Below, one piece after another: positions 41,801-56,842 of a DNA stretch of 64,000 nt. Location of the stretch: positions 1,738,001-1,802,000 of the forward strand of contig NC_087246.1 in the NCBI RefSeq assembly GCF_037042905.1, written 5' to 3'. Each line of letters opens with the position of its first letter. Positions within the stretch are counted from its first letter, which is position 1. The stretch is from Lytechinus pictus (lineage: Eukaryota). Below the pieces are notes generated by a model. The model saw only the letters and a list, made by a program, of their open reading frames with translations. It was not told the DNA's origin and ran no database searches. The position numbers and the translations under genes are program-made.

Positions 41801-43164
41801 TGTACAAGTACACTGATATTTCACTCTCTCAGCTCATGTGCACTTGATCGACTTCCATCGAGGATTCGGGCTAAATTCCGCCCGCCACTTCGGGGGACCA
41901 ACCAACGTAGTATTTCGATGAAGAGCACTCCGTCGATTCACCGGTTGTCCCTACCGTACACGCGCGCCTATGGGGATTGTGAACTGTAGGAAAAATCGTA
42001 TAAAATTACACTTTTTGATATTTCTACGAAGACGAAGTTATATAGAAAATGAAGAATATTACAATCAGACCATATCCCTAGAAAATTGCTTCAAGAAATG
42101 TCATTATGAAGAGGAAATGGACAAAAATTTGTGAAGAAAAATCACGAAAAAGGAAATCGCATCATGAATATTCATATCATGGGCGGTCCCACATTTGCAT
42201 GTTATAGCGAGTTTTCCATTATTTAATAAATAATGGCATTATTTAATAAATAATGGCATTATTTAATAAATAATGGTTATTTGTATATAAATAATGATTA
42301 TTTGTATATAATGGCAAACTGTAAAAATTGTTTATAAATAATGATTAATGGGATATTGAAACAAAATTATTATTTATAAATAATGAAGTAGATATTTCAT
42401 TATTTAACAAATAATCTTTATTTATAAATAATGGAAAACTCGAACATTAAATAATGATTATTTATAAATAATGAGAATAATGGTGCACTCGAAAAAATTA
42501 TTTATAAATAATGAAGTAGACGTTTTCATTATTTAACAAATAATCATTATTTATAAATTATGGAAAACTCAACAAATTATTTATAAATAATGAAAAACAA
42601 ATAATCATTATTTATAAATAATGAAAAACAAATAATCATTATTTGTAAATAATGAAAAACAAATAATCATTATTTATAAATAATGAAAAACCAATTATCA
42701 TTATTTATAAATAATGAAAAACAAATAATCATTATTTATAAATAATGAAAAACAAATAATCAGTATTTGTAAATAATGAAAAACAAATAATCATTATTTA
42801 TAAATAATGAAAAACAAATAATCATTATTTATAAATAATGAAAAACAAATAATCATTATTTGTAAATAATGAAAAACAAATAATCATTATTTATAGATAA
42901 TGAAAAACAAATAATCATTATTTATAAATAATGAAAAACAAATAATCATTATTTATAAATAATGGAATGTCGAACTATTATTATTTACAAATAATGAAGT
43001 ATTACTTGGAATTATATATAAATAATTAGAAATGATATTTTATATAATAGTAGTTATTTACAAATAAAATGTAAATTATATATAAATAATAGTTATTATT
43101 TAATAAATAATGATTATATAACAAATAATTGTTCTATATAATATTGGTACATTCGGCGCCTCAT
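38863..43164. mobile_element. Foldback (TU-like) non-autonomous transposon, about 4.3 kb, with arms of about 2 kb
   Basis: Ends ATGAGGCGCCGAATGTACC / GGTACATTCGGCGCCTCAT; 8-bp TSD ATTCAAGT (38855-38862, 43165-43172); outer tandem-repeat domain plus inner unique domain in each arm. Confidence 0.9.
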
Positions 43165-44962
43165 ATTCAAGTGTTGTTACATTTAATAATGTATATCCCT
43201 GAGTGTCCTGATGATGTCAGACTAAATAGAGGTTAAGCTGTGACCATGGTATGATAGATGGTGTGTACAGGGGTAAATACTTGGCAGGGCAAACTGGCCC
43301 AGCTCTCTGATTACCACACTCAGATTAGTAATAGGTGAAGATATAAAGCTTGGCTGTGAGGTAAAGAAAACATGACTGTATGCTGTTATATACTTGGGTG
43401 ACTCATCCTATCTAATAAAAGTATATTTGTTTACTTTTATTTGACATCACTGGTTTGATGACGTCTAAGAGAAGTTTAAGAATGAACCTTCAGCATTGCC
43501 TGCTGCCATCTCTCTGTTTTGGTCTTGGATTGTCTCTTGGAGATAGCTAGAGTAGTGTCATAAAATTGTTTTCATACTGGAATGGCAGATTGCCAAGATG
43601 TCATTAGTGGTAGACATGATTTCTTTGATGATCATTTAACTCTTTGAATCCTGAATTCTTTCCTTGTTGATTTAGTTACAGGTTTATTCTAAAGTAATGT
43701 CCACCTTGTCACATTTGATAGCCTTTTACTATTATATGTACATGTAGGAAGATTCTCCAACTGTTTTCTGTTGTGTTTTAAAGCTAAAACAAAGTTTAGA
43801 TGTTACTGTGTTAAGAAGTTTTATATAACGTTACTTTTCCCAAATCTAATCTTGTAAACTATTTTTTTTTATTTGGATCGGATTTTCACCTTTGCTGGAA
43901 GAGAATCCAGTAAATTAAGTTCATTGTGTCAAATAGATCACATTTGGTTGAATGATTTTGGTATTGATATCCTTTTCCGAAGAATTTTCTTTGAATCATA
44001 AAGTCATATGTGAAAAAGTTCATTTCAAGTTGGAGACTGGTAGTGTGAAACTTGAGCAATACAGGATTCTAAATTTCCATGGCTCTTTCTAGGTGTTAGA
44101 TTTGTAGAAAAAGAGAAGAGTGAATAATGAGATAGAAATCAGAACGAGAAGAAATCAAGGGGGGAGAGCAAGTAAGCAAACATTACTAGTGAGGTTGAAC
44201 AAGAGAGAAGAGATTGAATTTAATACAAACAAAAGAATAAAAATAATGTAGAGAAAGAGAAAGAAATAGAGAAGTAAAGGGTCCAATTAAGTGCATAGAG
44301 GAAAGAAAGTATTAAAGAAGAAAGGAACAGTGTAGATGGTAGATGTATTGTGTCATTGACTTTCCAAGTAAAGCTAACCTGATAATGCATCCCTGGATCT
44401 TTTCTAGGAACCAGCTCCAGGGCTCTTGACAGTCAACTATGAGATCATGTTACCTCATGCTTTGTATTTATCACAACAATCATTCATGCATATGGTTGAA
44501 TAGTTTAATGGAATTTGTCTCATTCCTCACAATAATTTCAATATAATGTAGGGTTGATTATGGTTTCAGCATTTGTATTACATATCTTTGTGAGATATGA
44601 ACCCATTGTACAATTCTTAGTCTCTTATAGCCAACAGATCTTACACAAACATAAACATATGTATGGTTAGACTCTTTAACAGGGATGGTGTGGGGATATT
44701 TTCGTAGGATGCACTGAAAAGACAACCGAAAGGTCTCATTATTCCCCCCTTCAATTGATAATGGTATTATACATTTATATGACCGAGATGCATCTTTTAT
44801 GCTTTCCTCTCCCTTTTTCTCTTTTTTTCCTGTTTTTTTTTCTTCAGTACATAAAAATAGCAAAGGGAGGGGGCGGGGGTTGGATGTCATCCCATAACCC
44901 CGTATGCATTTGCAACTTATTCATCTTCATGAGATATGAACACAGTGATTATGGTTGCTTAA

Positions 44963-45357
44963 AGCTAAATTACAGTAGTTGCAGTAAAACACTAATTTCG
45001 TGAGAAAGTCTGTAAAACCAAGGTTAAGTATGACTATATCATCGTGAATCTAGATCTGGTACAGTTACATAAACTGAACTTTGTGAAATCATAAAATCTA
45101 AGCTGAAATACGATCACACTGAAGATCGCCAACACAGATAGGCACACGTGGGACAGTGTATTATTATTGCTGGAATAAAGACCCGACGGAAGTGACCGAA
45201 TTCGCGCTTATTTTGCTTATTTCTCAGCAATTACACAATTTCTTCCAGAATCCTTTGGCACATATTTTTTATTCATACAAACATACACTTGGGTGGTCAT
45301 TATATTAGATTCTGTAAAAAGTCATTTTGAGATCGTTACCAGAACTGGAATTTACCT
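44963..45357. mobile_element. Non-autonomous TTAA-targeting element (Kolobok-like)
   Basis: ttaa|agctaaattacagt ... actggaatttacct|ttaa: imperfect TIRs beginning AG, with TTAA flanks. Confidence 0.6.
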
Positions 45358-45961
45358 TTAAATGCTGCAGAATGTTCAAAATTTCTTTACCTTAATTAAT
45401 AGCAATAAAATAGTGGTCATAAGTTTAGGATGGCTCATTCTATAATTTATGATCTTCATTTTATCCAATATTCATATCATATCTTACTATATATTTCCCA
45501 TTTGTGATTTTATCTAAATGATTGAAAGAAATTGTGGTTTATCATTCTTTTATGATTTAGTGAATAGTGAGTCACTATTAGATACTCTCTCTCTATTTCA
45601 CTGCTTTATTATGCTATTCCGTCATGTTACAATTCCCAAATTCTGTCTATATTTCCTTAATGATATCACCTTTATGGTGTGTAAACCTGAACCGTGACCA
45701 CCACCTGGGTAGCGATATCCCTCCCTCAGTTATTAACTTGAGATTCTTGATAGATGTATTATAACTCATTTACTATTGTCAAGAGCATTCGTGTGGGAAT
45801 ATGCAATGTGATATATCCAATATATCTGTGATGCTAGGATTGTATTTATTTACACTTGACCATGAGACTTACTTCAGGTGTGAAGTTATTGGAGGTCAAA
45901 ATGTTTGAGTCATGTAAGTGCATACTTTTCTATCTTAAATCTTCAAAGAGTATACAGGCTG

Positions 45962-46916
45962 CAGAGGCTTCGATCCTGGGGGGGGGGGGGGGCAGGGGGG
46001 CCATCGCCCCACCAATGAAAATTTTTGGGGGCAAACATCATTTTGCCCCCCCCCCCAATAATGCCGCATGTGCAACTAAAAATAAAATAAGATTGTAATG
46101 TTACACGGAAATCAGCAAGCGAGATCGAGATACCAACTAGTTCTTTATTTAAAATCATGCTCAAAATGTCCGCTTTTCAGATTGGAATATAAAAATTTTC
46201 AGCTCGCGCTTCGCGCTTGCATCATTTCTGTAGCAATAACCCATACTTTTCATGATTAAATAGGTGAATAGAATGTCCCGTTTTCAGTTCTAAACCTCAA
46301 AAGAACTACCGCTTCGATTTGCAATAATCTTTTGTTGGATATATATCTTGTTCTTTATTAAAAGCGTCCATTAAACTCTTTTTATCAGATCGAAATATCA
46401 AAATTTTCAGCTCGCGCTTCGTGCTTGCATCCGTTTCTGTAGGAAGAAAACCCATACTTTTCATGATTAAATAGGTGAATAGAAAGTCCCTTTTTCAGTT
46501 CTCAACCTCAAAAGAACTCCCGCTTCGATTTGCAATAATCTTTTGTTGGATATATATCTTGTTCTTTATTAAAAATCGTCCATTAAACTGTCATTTTTCA
46601 GATCGAAATATCAAAATTTTCAGCTCGCGCTTCACGCTCGCATCTATTGTTCTTCTAGATACCCATCTTAATCATTGGTACCAAAATGCTTACAATAACA
46701 AGCTTTCAGGTCAGAATATAAAGAAATTTCAGCTCGCTCTCGGCACTCACATTATCTGTGTAGTGATATATCTATCCCCCTCATGAGTTACTACAAACAG
46801 TCCTAAACAGGTACCTTTTTCCTGTTTTCATGTCAGTATACTAATAATTTCAGCTTGCGCTTCACGCTCGCATTAATTTGTTGGTGAGGGTGAGATATAT
46901 ATCTCTTTCTCATGAG

Positions 46917-46963
<47 letters not shown>

Positions 46964-47099
46964 TATATAATATAGGCCTATGTTTGTGGGGGTGTAGGGG
47001 TGTGTGTGGGTGAGTTTGTTCGTTTTGTGTGATCGAGCGCCTTTGGAACGTTTATTCATGATTTTGCCCCCCAATCTGAAAAATGGATCGATGCCCCTG
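45962..47099. mobile_element. Non-autonomous hAT-like DNA transposon with internal repeats of about 210 bp
   Basis: TIRs cagaggcttcgatcc / ggatcgatgcccctg; 8-bp TSD ACAGGCTG (45954-45961, 47100-47107); repeated aattttcagctcgcgcttc motif; internal (TA)n. Confidence 0.85.
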
Positions 47100-48763
47100 A
47101 CAGGCTGTATTCCAGCTCTTAGAATAAATCCATTCAATTTTGTATGAATTTGACTTGAAATTGTGTTACTGGAATTATGAATTAGGTTGTATTGAATAGT
47201 ATAGTATAGAGCATTAAGTAATATCTTGTTACTAGTATTTTGATTTATCAAGAGAAGAGAAATTCAAAATGGATAATATCATCATCATGATGATTTAAGT
47301 CAGATGATGTACTGAAGTAAAAACTGCGTTTACTCATGTCAGTATAAGGACGGGTCCCTCAATATCAGATGGTTTTATCATCTTCTTATACATGAGACTT
47401 TTAAGTGAATTATGATGGATAATTCTTTTAGAGCACTACTTAGAGCACGTCTTTGTAGGAAGCAAATACCCCCCAAAATATACAAAAAATTTATATTGCT
47501 TACAATAAAGAAATCATGAGAAAAAAATGTCATTATCAATATTAGTGTAGTTAAGTCTTTTTTTTTAGTCTTGTCATTTCAGAAAAAAAAAATGGAATGC
47601 ATCCTTAGTTGTCGTGGAGGGGTAATACAGATTCCAAATACAGAACCATTACCTTACCAGCTTAGCTGAAGACTGCTTGTATATATATCTCTAGCAAGGT
47701 TTAATAACTGTCAGTGCACTTTGAGAGAAGGCTATGAGATATAAACCTGCTGTTCTGTATGTATATCATGCTAGGATGATCTGAACTGAACATGTTAATT
47801 AGTAGTGATAAGCAGTGTCAATGAAACAGATTAATAACACTTTAGATAGGTGGAAGGGAACAAAGAGGGAGTGGATGGATGAAAGAAAAAGAAAGTGATA
47901 GAGGGAGAGAGAGAGATAGAGAGACACAGGAGAAAGAATTGAAAATGAAGAACTAGAAAGAAAGAGCAAAACTAATTGGACATAAAGGAGAAGATTAAGG
48001 GAAGAGGAAAAGGGAACATATAGAGTCAAGATGTGTCAGAAGGGGAAAGTTAAGGGGTGGGTGGAGGGATAGTCATAGTTATAGAGAGAAATATTGAAAT
48101 TTGTAAGAAATCAGAATGTATTGCTATCTGATGCATTTTTATTTCTCATCATCTTTTAGTCATTATATATGAAAGATAATTTTCTCATCTTGAGTTAGTC
48201 AAGTTAACGCGTAGACTTCTTAATTATCTCGAGACCATCTGGTTTTAGAATGCTATTGGTTAAAAATTATATATAAAAAAGAAACATTAATTAATACTAC
48301 AAAAATTATACTTTAACAAATGACATATTTTGGACATAACACTTTCTCTATCATTCTCAAACCACATGCATCAGAATTATTTAAATTGAATGCCTACTAC
48401 CACTTTGATTGAGGGAGGCACCTGTATCATTATACCAGTATTAGCAGCTGGTAGAATATACCATAGAAGGGGGAGTAGAAGGGTTATGTGCTCTCATACA
48501 TTATTTGAAGGCATTGGATTTGATAGTATTTTATTAGGCTACACATAAGTCTGGATTCAAAGACCAATGATTGTGCATTAACTCTTATTCATGTTTTTTT
48601 TATTTCCTTCAACATTTCATAGATTTTCTGTACAGTTTATGACTGATTCATGTCTGAAATCCTGTTTCCCCCAAAATAATAAATCCTTGAATTGTCTATT
48701 TGTATTGGATTTTTTTGTATGAAAGAATAGAAGATATGATAAAGAAAAAATCAGATAGTTAAA

Positions 48764-48901
48764 AATGATGTAAATAAAGATAATGAAATGAACATTGTTC
48801 TGTTCAAAAGAGTTAAATAGATTTTAATCATTTCAATTAAAATCTTTTTACCTCTGTTTGAGCTGAACAATGTTCATTTCATTATCTTTATTTACATCAT
48901 T
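48764..48901. repeat. Short inverted repeat (hairpin)
   Basis: aatgatgtaaataaagataatgaaatgaacattgttc is mirrored exactly by gaacaatgttcatttcattatctttatttacatcatt, with further imperfect pairing inside. Confidence 0.8.
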
Positions 48902-49117
48902 ATTTTTTTTAATGTGAATGGATCGGATCTAATTTTTGTTGTTTATTATGTATCATAGGCCTACATGGTTTTGGAATTGTAAGCCAATATTTCATCATTA
49001 TTTGTTCAGAATTGAAGGTCACACACTGCTTATTCATTCACAATCATTTAGCTTGATTTTTCTATCATAAAGATAATCATTTAAAATGTATTTTCATTTT
49101 GATTCATCTTTTGCCAG

Positions 49118-49186
49118 AATTCAAATTTAAAAGACAGCATGGCGCCGATTGAACAGATAGACGATGAAGCAGCCCTTGAAAAAATG
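49118..49186 (+). CDS. SMTN: Smoothelin domain exon 1 (NSNLKDSMAPIEQIDDEAALEKM)
   Basis: Acceptor ttttgccag|, donor ATG|gtatgt; phase 0-0; start of the smoothelin motif. Confidence 0.85.
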
Positions 49187-49868
49187 GTATGTAAAATTTA
49201 TTTGTGAAGATGTAATATTAACTGAAATTGCTTTCACGTATTGATTGCCAGTTAAAGTTATTTGTAATATAGCAAGATACAGTTATTTTGGCTACAAATA
49301 TAACACTTTTGTAAACTTTCTTTGATTAATCTGAAAGAGTAGAACTTTCTCTAAAAAATTATTTGAAAATGAAGTATAATCCTTTTTGGATTAACTGGTG
49401 ACTTTCAGCATACATCTTACAGTATGTTATCTGTTTACACAGAAATCATTAATGTGTTTGTTTATCATCGATATAAGTTTTGATGTTCATCATGGTTATA
49501 GTTACCTCAGTCAGATAATATTCAAGGGCCCAGTCTTTACAAAAATTATAAACTCAAATTGTAATTGATCTAAAACTCTCTTTTTTTACTTCTTCAATTT
49601 AGATCAATCCCAATCTGAGCTTTATTTTAATATTGCAATTCTTTGATTGATATCCCAATACACATTGTGATATGAAATGAGATCAATCAGTTGCAAAGAC
49701 ATGTAGGGGTCATTAACAGTGTCCATATGTAAATACTTTCTCCTATTAGCTAGATAATTCATCAGTTAGCTATGAGTAGAATTCAAATGCCGGGCAAATT
49801 TTACATCTTTAATAGAAATTATTCTAAACTAGTAGTGTAGTTGTTTGTCATGTTTTTCTCTCCATATA

Positions 49869-51717
<1,849 letters not shown>

Positions 51718-52650
51718 AATATGTATACAAATGCTTCTTTGAAAGGTAAAACAAAAACATTTTAAGTAGATAGTTTGAATATAGAATTATTGTGAAAAGT
51801 TTATGTTAATCATTGGATGATGAAATTGAAACTTATTTCTACATTTTCCATAGTTGGAACATTTTCAAACTGTCAGATATTAAACATGTATTGGTATTTA
51901 TTCCAAAAGTGCGTATGAACTAGGAACCAACTAATCAATGTAAGGTCATTTTACTATAATGATTTACCAGGTAATTAATCCCTTAACATATCTCCACGTA
52001 CTGATCCTATTTTCTTATCCCTCCTTCTCTCTCTCATCCATGGTAGAATGTTAAATGAAGCATAGATATCATGCTGAGGGGATGTTCCACCCACCTATGT
52101 TACAAAACAATATGGAGTCATGATATTAAGATACAGTCAGATTGAATACATACCTGTCTCTATATATATACCGGTATCCAAATACCTGCCTACCCCCCTT
52201 ATTACCCCTATGCCCTCCTACCGGTTCATCAACACATGTTCCTAATTGCTATTATAGAATTAAAGACCTATACCAAAGACAGTCAAAGCTTTGGAGAAAA
52301 CATTGGGAAATTTCCATCAGGTTTAGAATAGTTTGTAGCTTTTATCAAGCCAGAGATGGTAGTACAACTGCACAAATTAGTAAACACATCTGGCTCACCT
52401 AAGGAAATTTACTGGCCCGTAAGCGCACCTGCGCCAAAATGCTTTTCTCGCCCCGTCTCTGCAGACCCTTTGGTTAAGGGTGTGCTGATGCCGAAGAGAG
52501 CTCAGATGCAAGTGTCGGATCGCCCGACTTAACACTTTAAGGGTGAGAGATGGAGAGAGGGAGTGGAATGAGATGGGGAGGCATGGGGTTACTGGTATCA
52601 GTGATGATGATGTTGAAGACTGATGATGATCATTTGTTCTATCTCACTAG

Positions 52651-52726
52651 TTGGAGGAGGCTACAGAGTTTGATGAGAGGAAGAAGATCAGATCCAGGCT
52701 AAGGGAAGTTAGAAAAAAGAAGAGAG
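52651..52726 (+). CDS. SMTN: Smoothelin domain exon 2 (LEEATEFDERKKIRSRLREVRKKKR)
   Basis: Acceptor ctcactag|, donor G|gtgagt; core smoothelin motif F-x-E-R-K-x-I-R-x-x-L-R-E. Confidence 0.9.
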
Positions 52727-54096
52727 GTGAGTAAAAAAAAAGTTTATCATCTTTTTCATAAATGTCTTTCTTTTTGTCATGATTTTTGTAAAATATATTT
52801 GAGACATTGCATTGCATCACTGTCTATAGTCTCATATGGAGGTGAATGTTCTTACATTTACATGTATGCCTACTATTATAACGCAATCAATGTGTAATTG
52901 TATTTAGTGTCTTTCTTCTAAAAATAATGAACTATCTGAAATTCTTGTGTTTATTTCTGCCTTGAATTTATCAATGGATGATCTCTTAGTTAAGTAGACG
53001 TAGTGAAAACTTATATTTATATCTTTTATTTGCATGTTTCACAATCACAACAAAGCAACTTTCAAATATAAAGAAAGTTTGCAACTATAAATTATTACTG
53101 GTACAGTTCAAAACAAATATACATAATTGCAAAAGTGAAGTATGAGGATCTGAAAGTTAGAACATGGGGATTGGGTTATGTTATCAAGTATTCTATTTAC
53201 ATAGATATATTTGGGCTGTATTACAGTGAAATTGGTATAAACGTAGATCAATGCACATTGCATTTATGCCCTAGAAACTTGCAAGTAGTAGTTCACTTGA
53301 AGCATAAATGTATAAAGAATAGACTATGAAAATTATGTAAAACAAAAGAGCTCTTTATTTAGATGTTGGCTAATGCCTGGATCACATACTTATTTTAGGA
53401 TAAATTGTTTCAATTTCTTTTTAAATACAAACAACAAATCAGAGTTTGTGATTCATTTTGAAGTCTACAAGTAATTAGGGCCTGTAAGAGTATTTTGTTC
53501 CTGAGAAAAAAATTACAGATGCTCTGTATCTAGTATTTAGTTATTACTTTGTTAGGGGCCCTTAGAACAACTTTCACAAAATTTCTTCACTGTTGTGCTC
53601 ATATTAAACAATTATGGTATAATAATCTGTTTATTCATTGTCAAAGTGTAAGAGAAATTATTGAAAAAAAAACAGCCTATGTGATGTTAATAAGTCATTG
53701 GAAACAATGCTGCATTCAGGAGAGCAGTCAACAAAATGTCAACTGAGAATCTGTGATTATTTCAATATTTATTAAGCAGCAGGTTTAGATCTCTTAATCA
53801 CTCCTTGGACTATACAGGTAGACAGATTTTTTTTTAAATATTTGGAAATCTTGTTATTTAATTGCGATTTATTTTTTATAGCAGTGTTTACTTGATGAGA
53901 TCTGTGCACAATCAAGAAAATACCAGAAATACTTAGAATATGCAGAGTATTGAAGTTGAATTTTTATATGAATGCTTTCATTTAAGAACATCATTTTAAA
54001 AAGATGTATGGATTATTTATATTTTTAATGATGATAACTTTTATACTTGAAACTGACATCAAACATTACATTGGTGACTTTATTATCTTTGTCCAG

Positions 54097-54348
54097 ACGA
54101 GAGAGAGCAAAAGGCGCAAGAGCAGGAGAGGGCTTTTGAAGAAAAGATGCACAAGTTAGAGGTAGAGTCTGCCCAGCAGAGAATGAGGGCTGTGGGACTG
54201 AACGTCCAAAAAACACCAGTCGATAATAGAACCAAGACGGTGACGGAAACAAAAGATGATGGTAAGACAAAAACAGTTGTGGAGACTACTATGAGAGATT
54301 CAGGAAGTTCCAAGAGCGTTCAGATGACCATTATGAGCAAAACAGAAG
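54097..54348 (+). CDS. SMTN: Smoothelin-like coding exon (DEREQKAQEQERAFEEKMHK...MSKTE)
   Basis: Acceptor ttgtccag|, donor AAG|gtgata; phase 1-1; overlaps ORF 54147-54416. Confidence 0.8.
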
Positions 54349-55529
54349 GTGATATGTGTATTCTACACATCTCTTCTTTACTTTGGTTGCTGTTTGGAAT
54401 GGGTCATCATGCCTGACTTGTTAAAACTAAAAAAATAACAAAATTTATTTCAAAATATAAAGGATCTAAAAAATTGATAAGTTGCATCCTTTCCAAAACT
54501 AAATGCATAATTTTGTTCATTTGCTTGCATTCATAATGTATTGGATTTTTTCATAATCAAAGAATGTACATTATTATACAAATGTTGTAAACTCATCTTA
54601 GTGTTTTTTAATTTGAATTTGTTTGTCACTAATTTTTCATTAATTTCTTTTATTTCTGATCTTTTTCTTGAACTCCAATGATTTAACCTTAAGAATTGCT
54701 TATTTTGTTCTATGTTCTCTCCTAATAAATTTCAATTAATCTTGTCATATGTGACATGCCTTTCAGATCTCCATGCAAACAGCAATTGTGGCTTTTAATA
54801 CAAAATTTTTTAAATCAATTTCCTGTCAGTTTTTCATCAAGCTCTTAATAATAAACTAGTAAAGATTGTGTTTTCCTGATAAGGGATATAAAAGTTTTTT
54901 GTTTCTTCTCCTTCAGCATTTATGTTCGTTAGACATTTGATAGGAATTTCTGATAAAATTCATATTTCTAAAGGTCTATATTGGAAAATTTTTAAGCAAA
55001 GACATGCAATGCTTATTCTTTGACTGATTATGAGCATTTGGAAAAGTTTAGTCAATTGTTTAGGTCCCAATATTTATGTACATTATGTGTGAATATTCTT
55101 TTTTTTTCATTTAATGACTAATGATTTACTGGTTTATGACTATTAATTTACTGGATTTTGTTCTCAAGTTTGTGAATTTTGCTTTGATTTTTGTTCATAC
55201 ATTTTCATTGTGCCAACTTATTTGTTCAAAGTATTTATGATTTTGTTTTGTAAAATTTTCATTTATTTTGAAGACAGTGGCATTTCTCAAATAACAAAGT
55301 TACATTTCACACATCTTTTGCTTTTTCTGTTTTTTATTATCTAATTTATTTTTTATGTGTTGTGTTGTTCATATTTGTGGTTGTTTTTCTATTTTCGTTG
55401 TGTAAACGTTTCTTTTATCCTTACTTTGTTTTGAAACATTTTCCCATTTTCATTAGATAGTCTTTCTATTTCATTAGCTTCTTGGTTTCCCTTCTTGTTG
55501 TTCTGCCCCCCCATATTATTTGTTGTTAT

Positions 55530-56660
55530 CCCCTCCTCTTCCTCCTTTTCCCTCTCTTCCTCCTCCTACTCTTCCTTCTCCTCCACCTTCTCCACATTCT
55601 CCTCCTCCTTCTCCTCCTCCTTCTCCTCCTCCTCCTCCTTCTCCTCCTTCTCCTTCTCCTTCTCCTTCTCCTCCTCCTCCTCCTCCTCCTTCTTCTCCTC
55701 CTCCACCTTCTCCTCCTCCTTCTCCTTCTCCTCCTCCTTCTCCTCCTCCTTCTCCTCCTCCTCCTTCTCCTTCTCCTCCTCCTCCTCCTCCTCCTCCTCC
55801 TCCTTCTCCTCCTCCTTCTACTTCTCCCCCTTCTCCTCCTCCACCTCCTCCACTTCCTTCATCACCACCATCACTGTGACCACCATATTTGTTCATATAT
55901 TACATAACCACAGTAATCATATCTCTTACATTATCCTTATCATCATCATTGTTGGTCACGATCATCATCATCACCATCATCACTATCACCATCATCACTA
56001 TCACCATCATCATCATTATCATCATCATTATCATCACCATCATCATCCATCATCATCATCATTTTCATCATTTTCATCATCATCATCATTATCATCTTCA
56101 TCGTTATCATCATCATCATCATCACCATTATCATCATCATTTTCTTCATCATCATCATCATTGCTTTCAATATGATATTCATGATCATCCAGAACACCAT
56201 AACAATAATAACAACAATACTAATATCATCAAAACATGAACAACAGTTATAGCAATACTGTTATCACCTTCATCATCATCATCATCATCATCACCACCAC
56301 CATCACCACCATCATCATCAACCACAAAAATACTTACCAGTAGTTACTTAAAACACTTCCATTACTATTTTCCTCCTCCCTAGAATAATAATGATGATAA
56401 ACAAGCAGCAATTCTTTTGTTACCTCAAATTGATTTCATCATCGATTTTTATTGTCATATAGGAACTTCATCATTGCCACTGTCAACAAAGTCACCATCA
56501 TTGATTCTGTTGCCATCATTATCATCATGGTTGTCATCACTGTCATTGTCACCATCAGCAACATTATCATCTCCATCATCATCATCTTCAATATCAACTT
56601 CATCATCACCACCATCACCATCAACATCATCCTCATAATCATCTTCGACATCAGTATTAT
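55530..56660. repeat. Compound microsatellite: (CCT/CTT)n polypyrimidine tract followed by (CAT/CAC)n tracts
   Basis: Directly visible; source of the many low-complexity ORFs at 55482-56793. Confidence 0.9.
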
Positions 56661-56842
56661 AAAACAATGTTAATAATAAAATCACCATACAATCAACACT
56701 ATGATTACAATCAATACAAGATGAATAATAAACAATAACGACATCATCATATCCACCATCAGGTTTGCCATTATCAACATTTTCATTGAACATATATTTA
56801 TTCTATTGATGCTAATGCACTATTTTTTCATTTATTATTCAG

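Noticed and set aside
43205..43235. CTGATGA as a further hammerhead core
   Set aside because: There is no stem II followed by GAAA downstream.
55482..56793. Poly-Leu/Ser/Pro/Gly/His/Asp ORFs (extensin- or glycine-rich-like)
   Set aside because: They are translations of CCT and CAT microsatellites, open in many frames on both strands, with no splice support.
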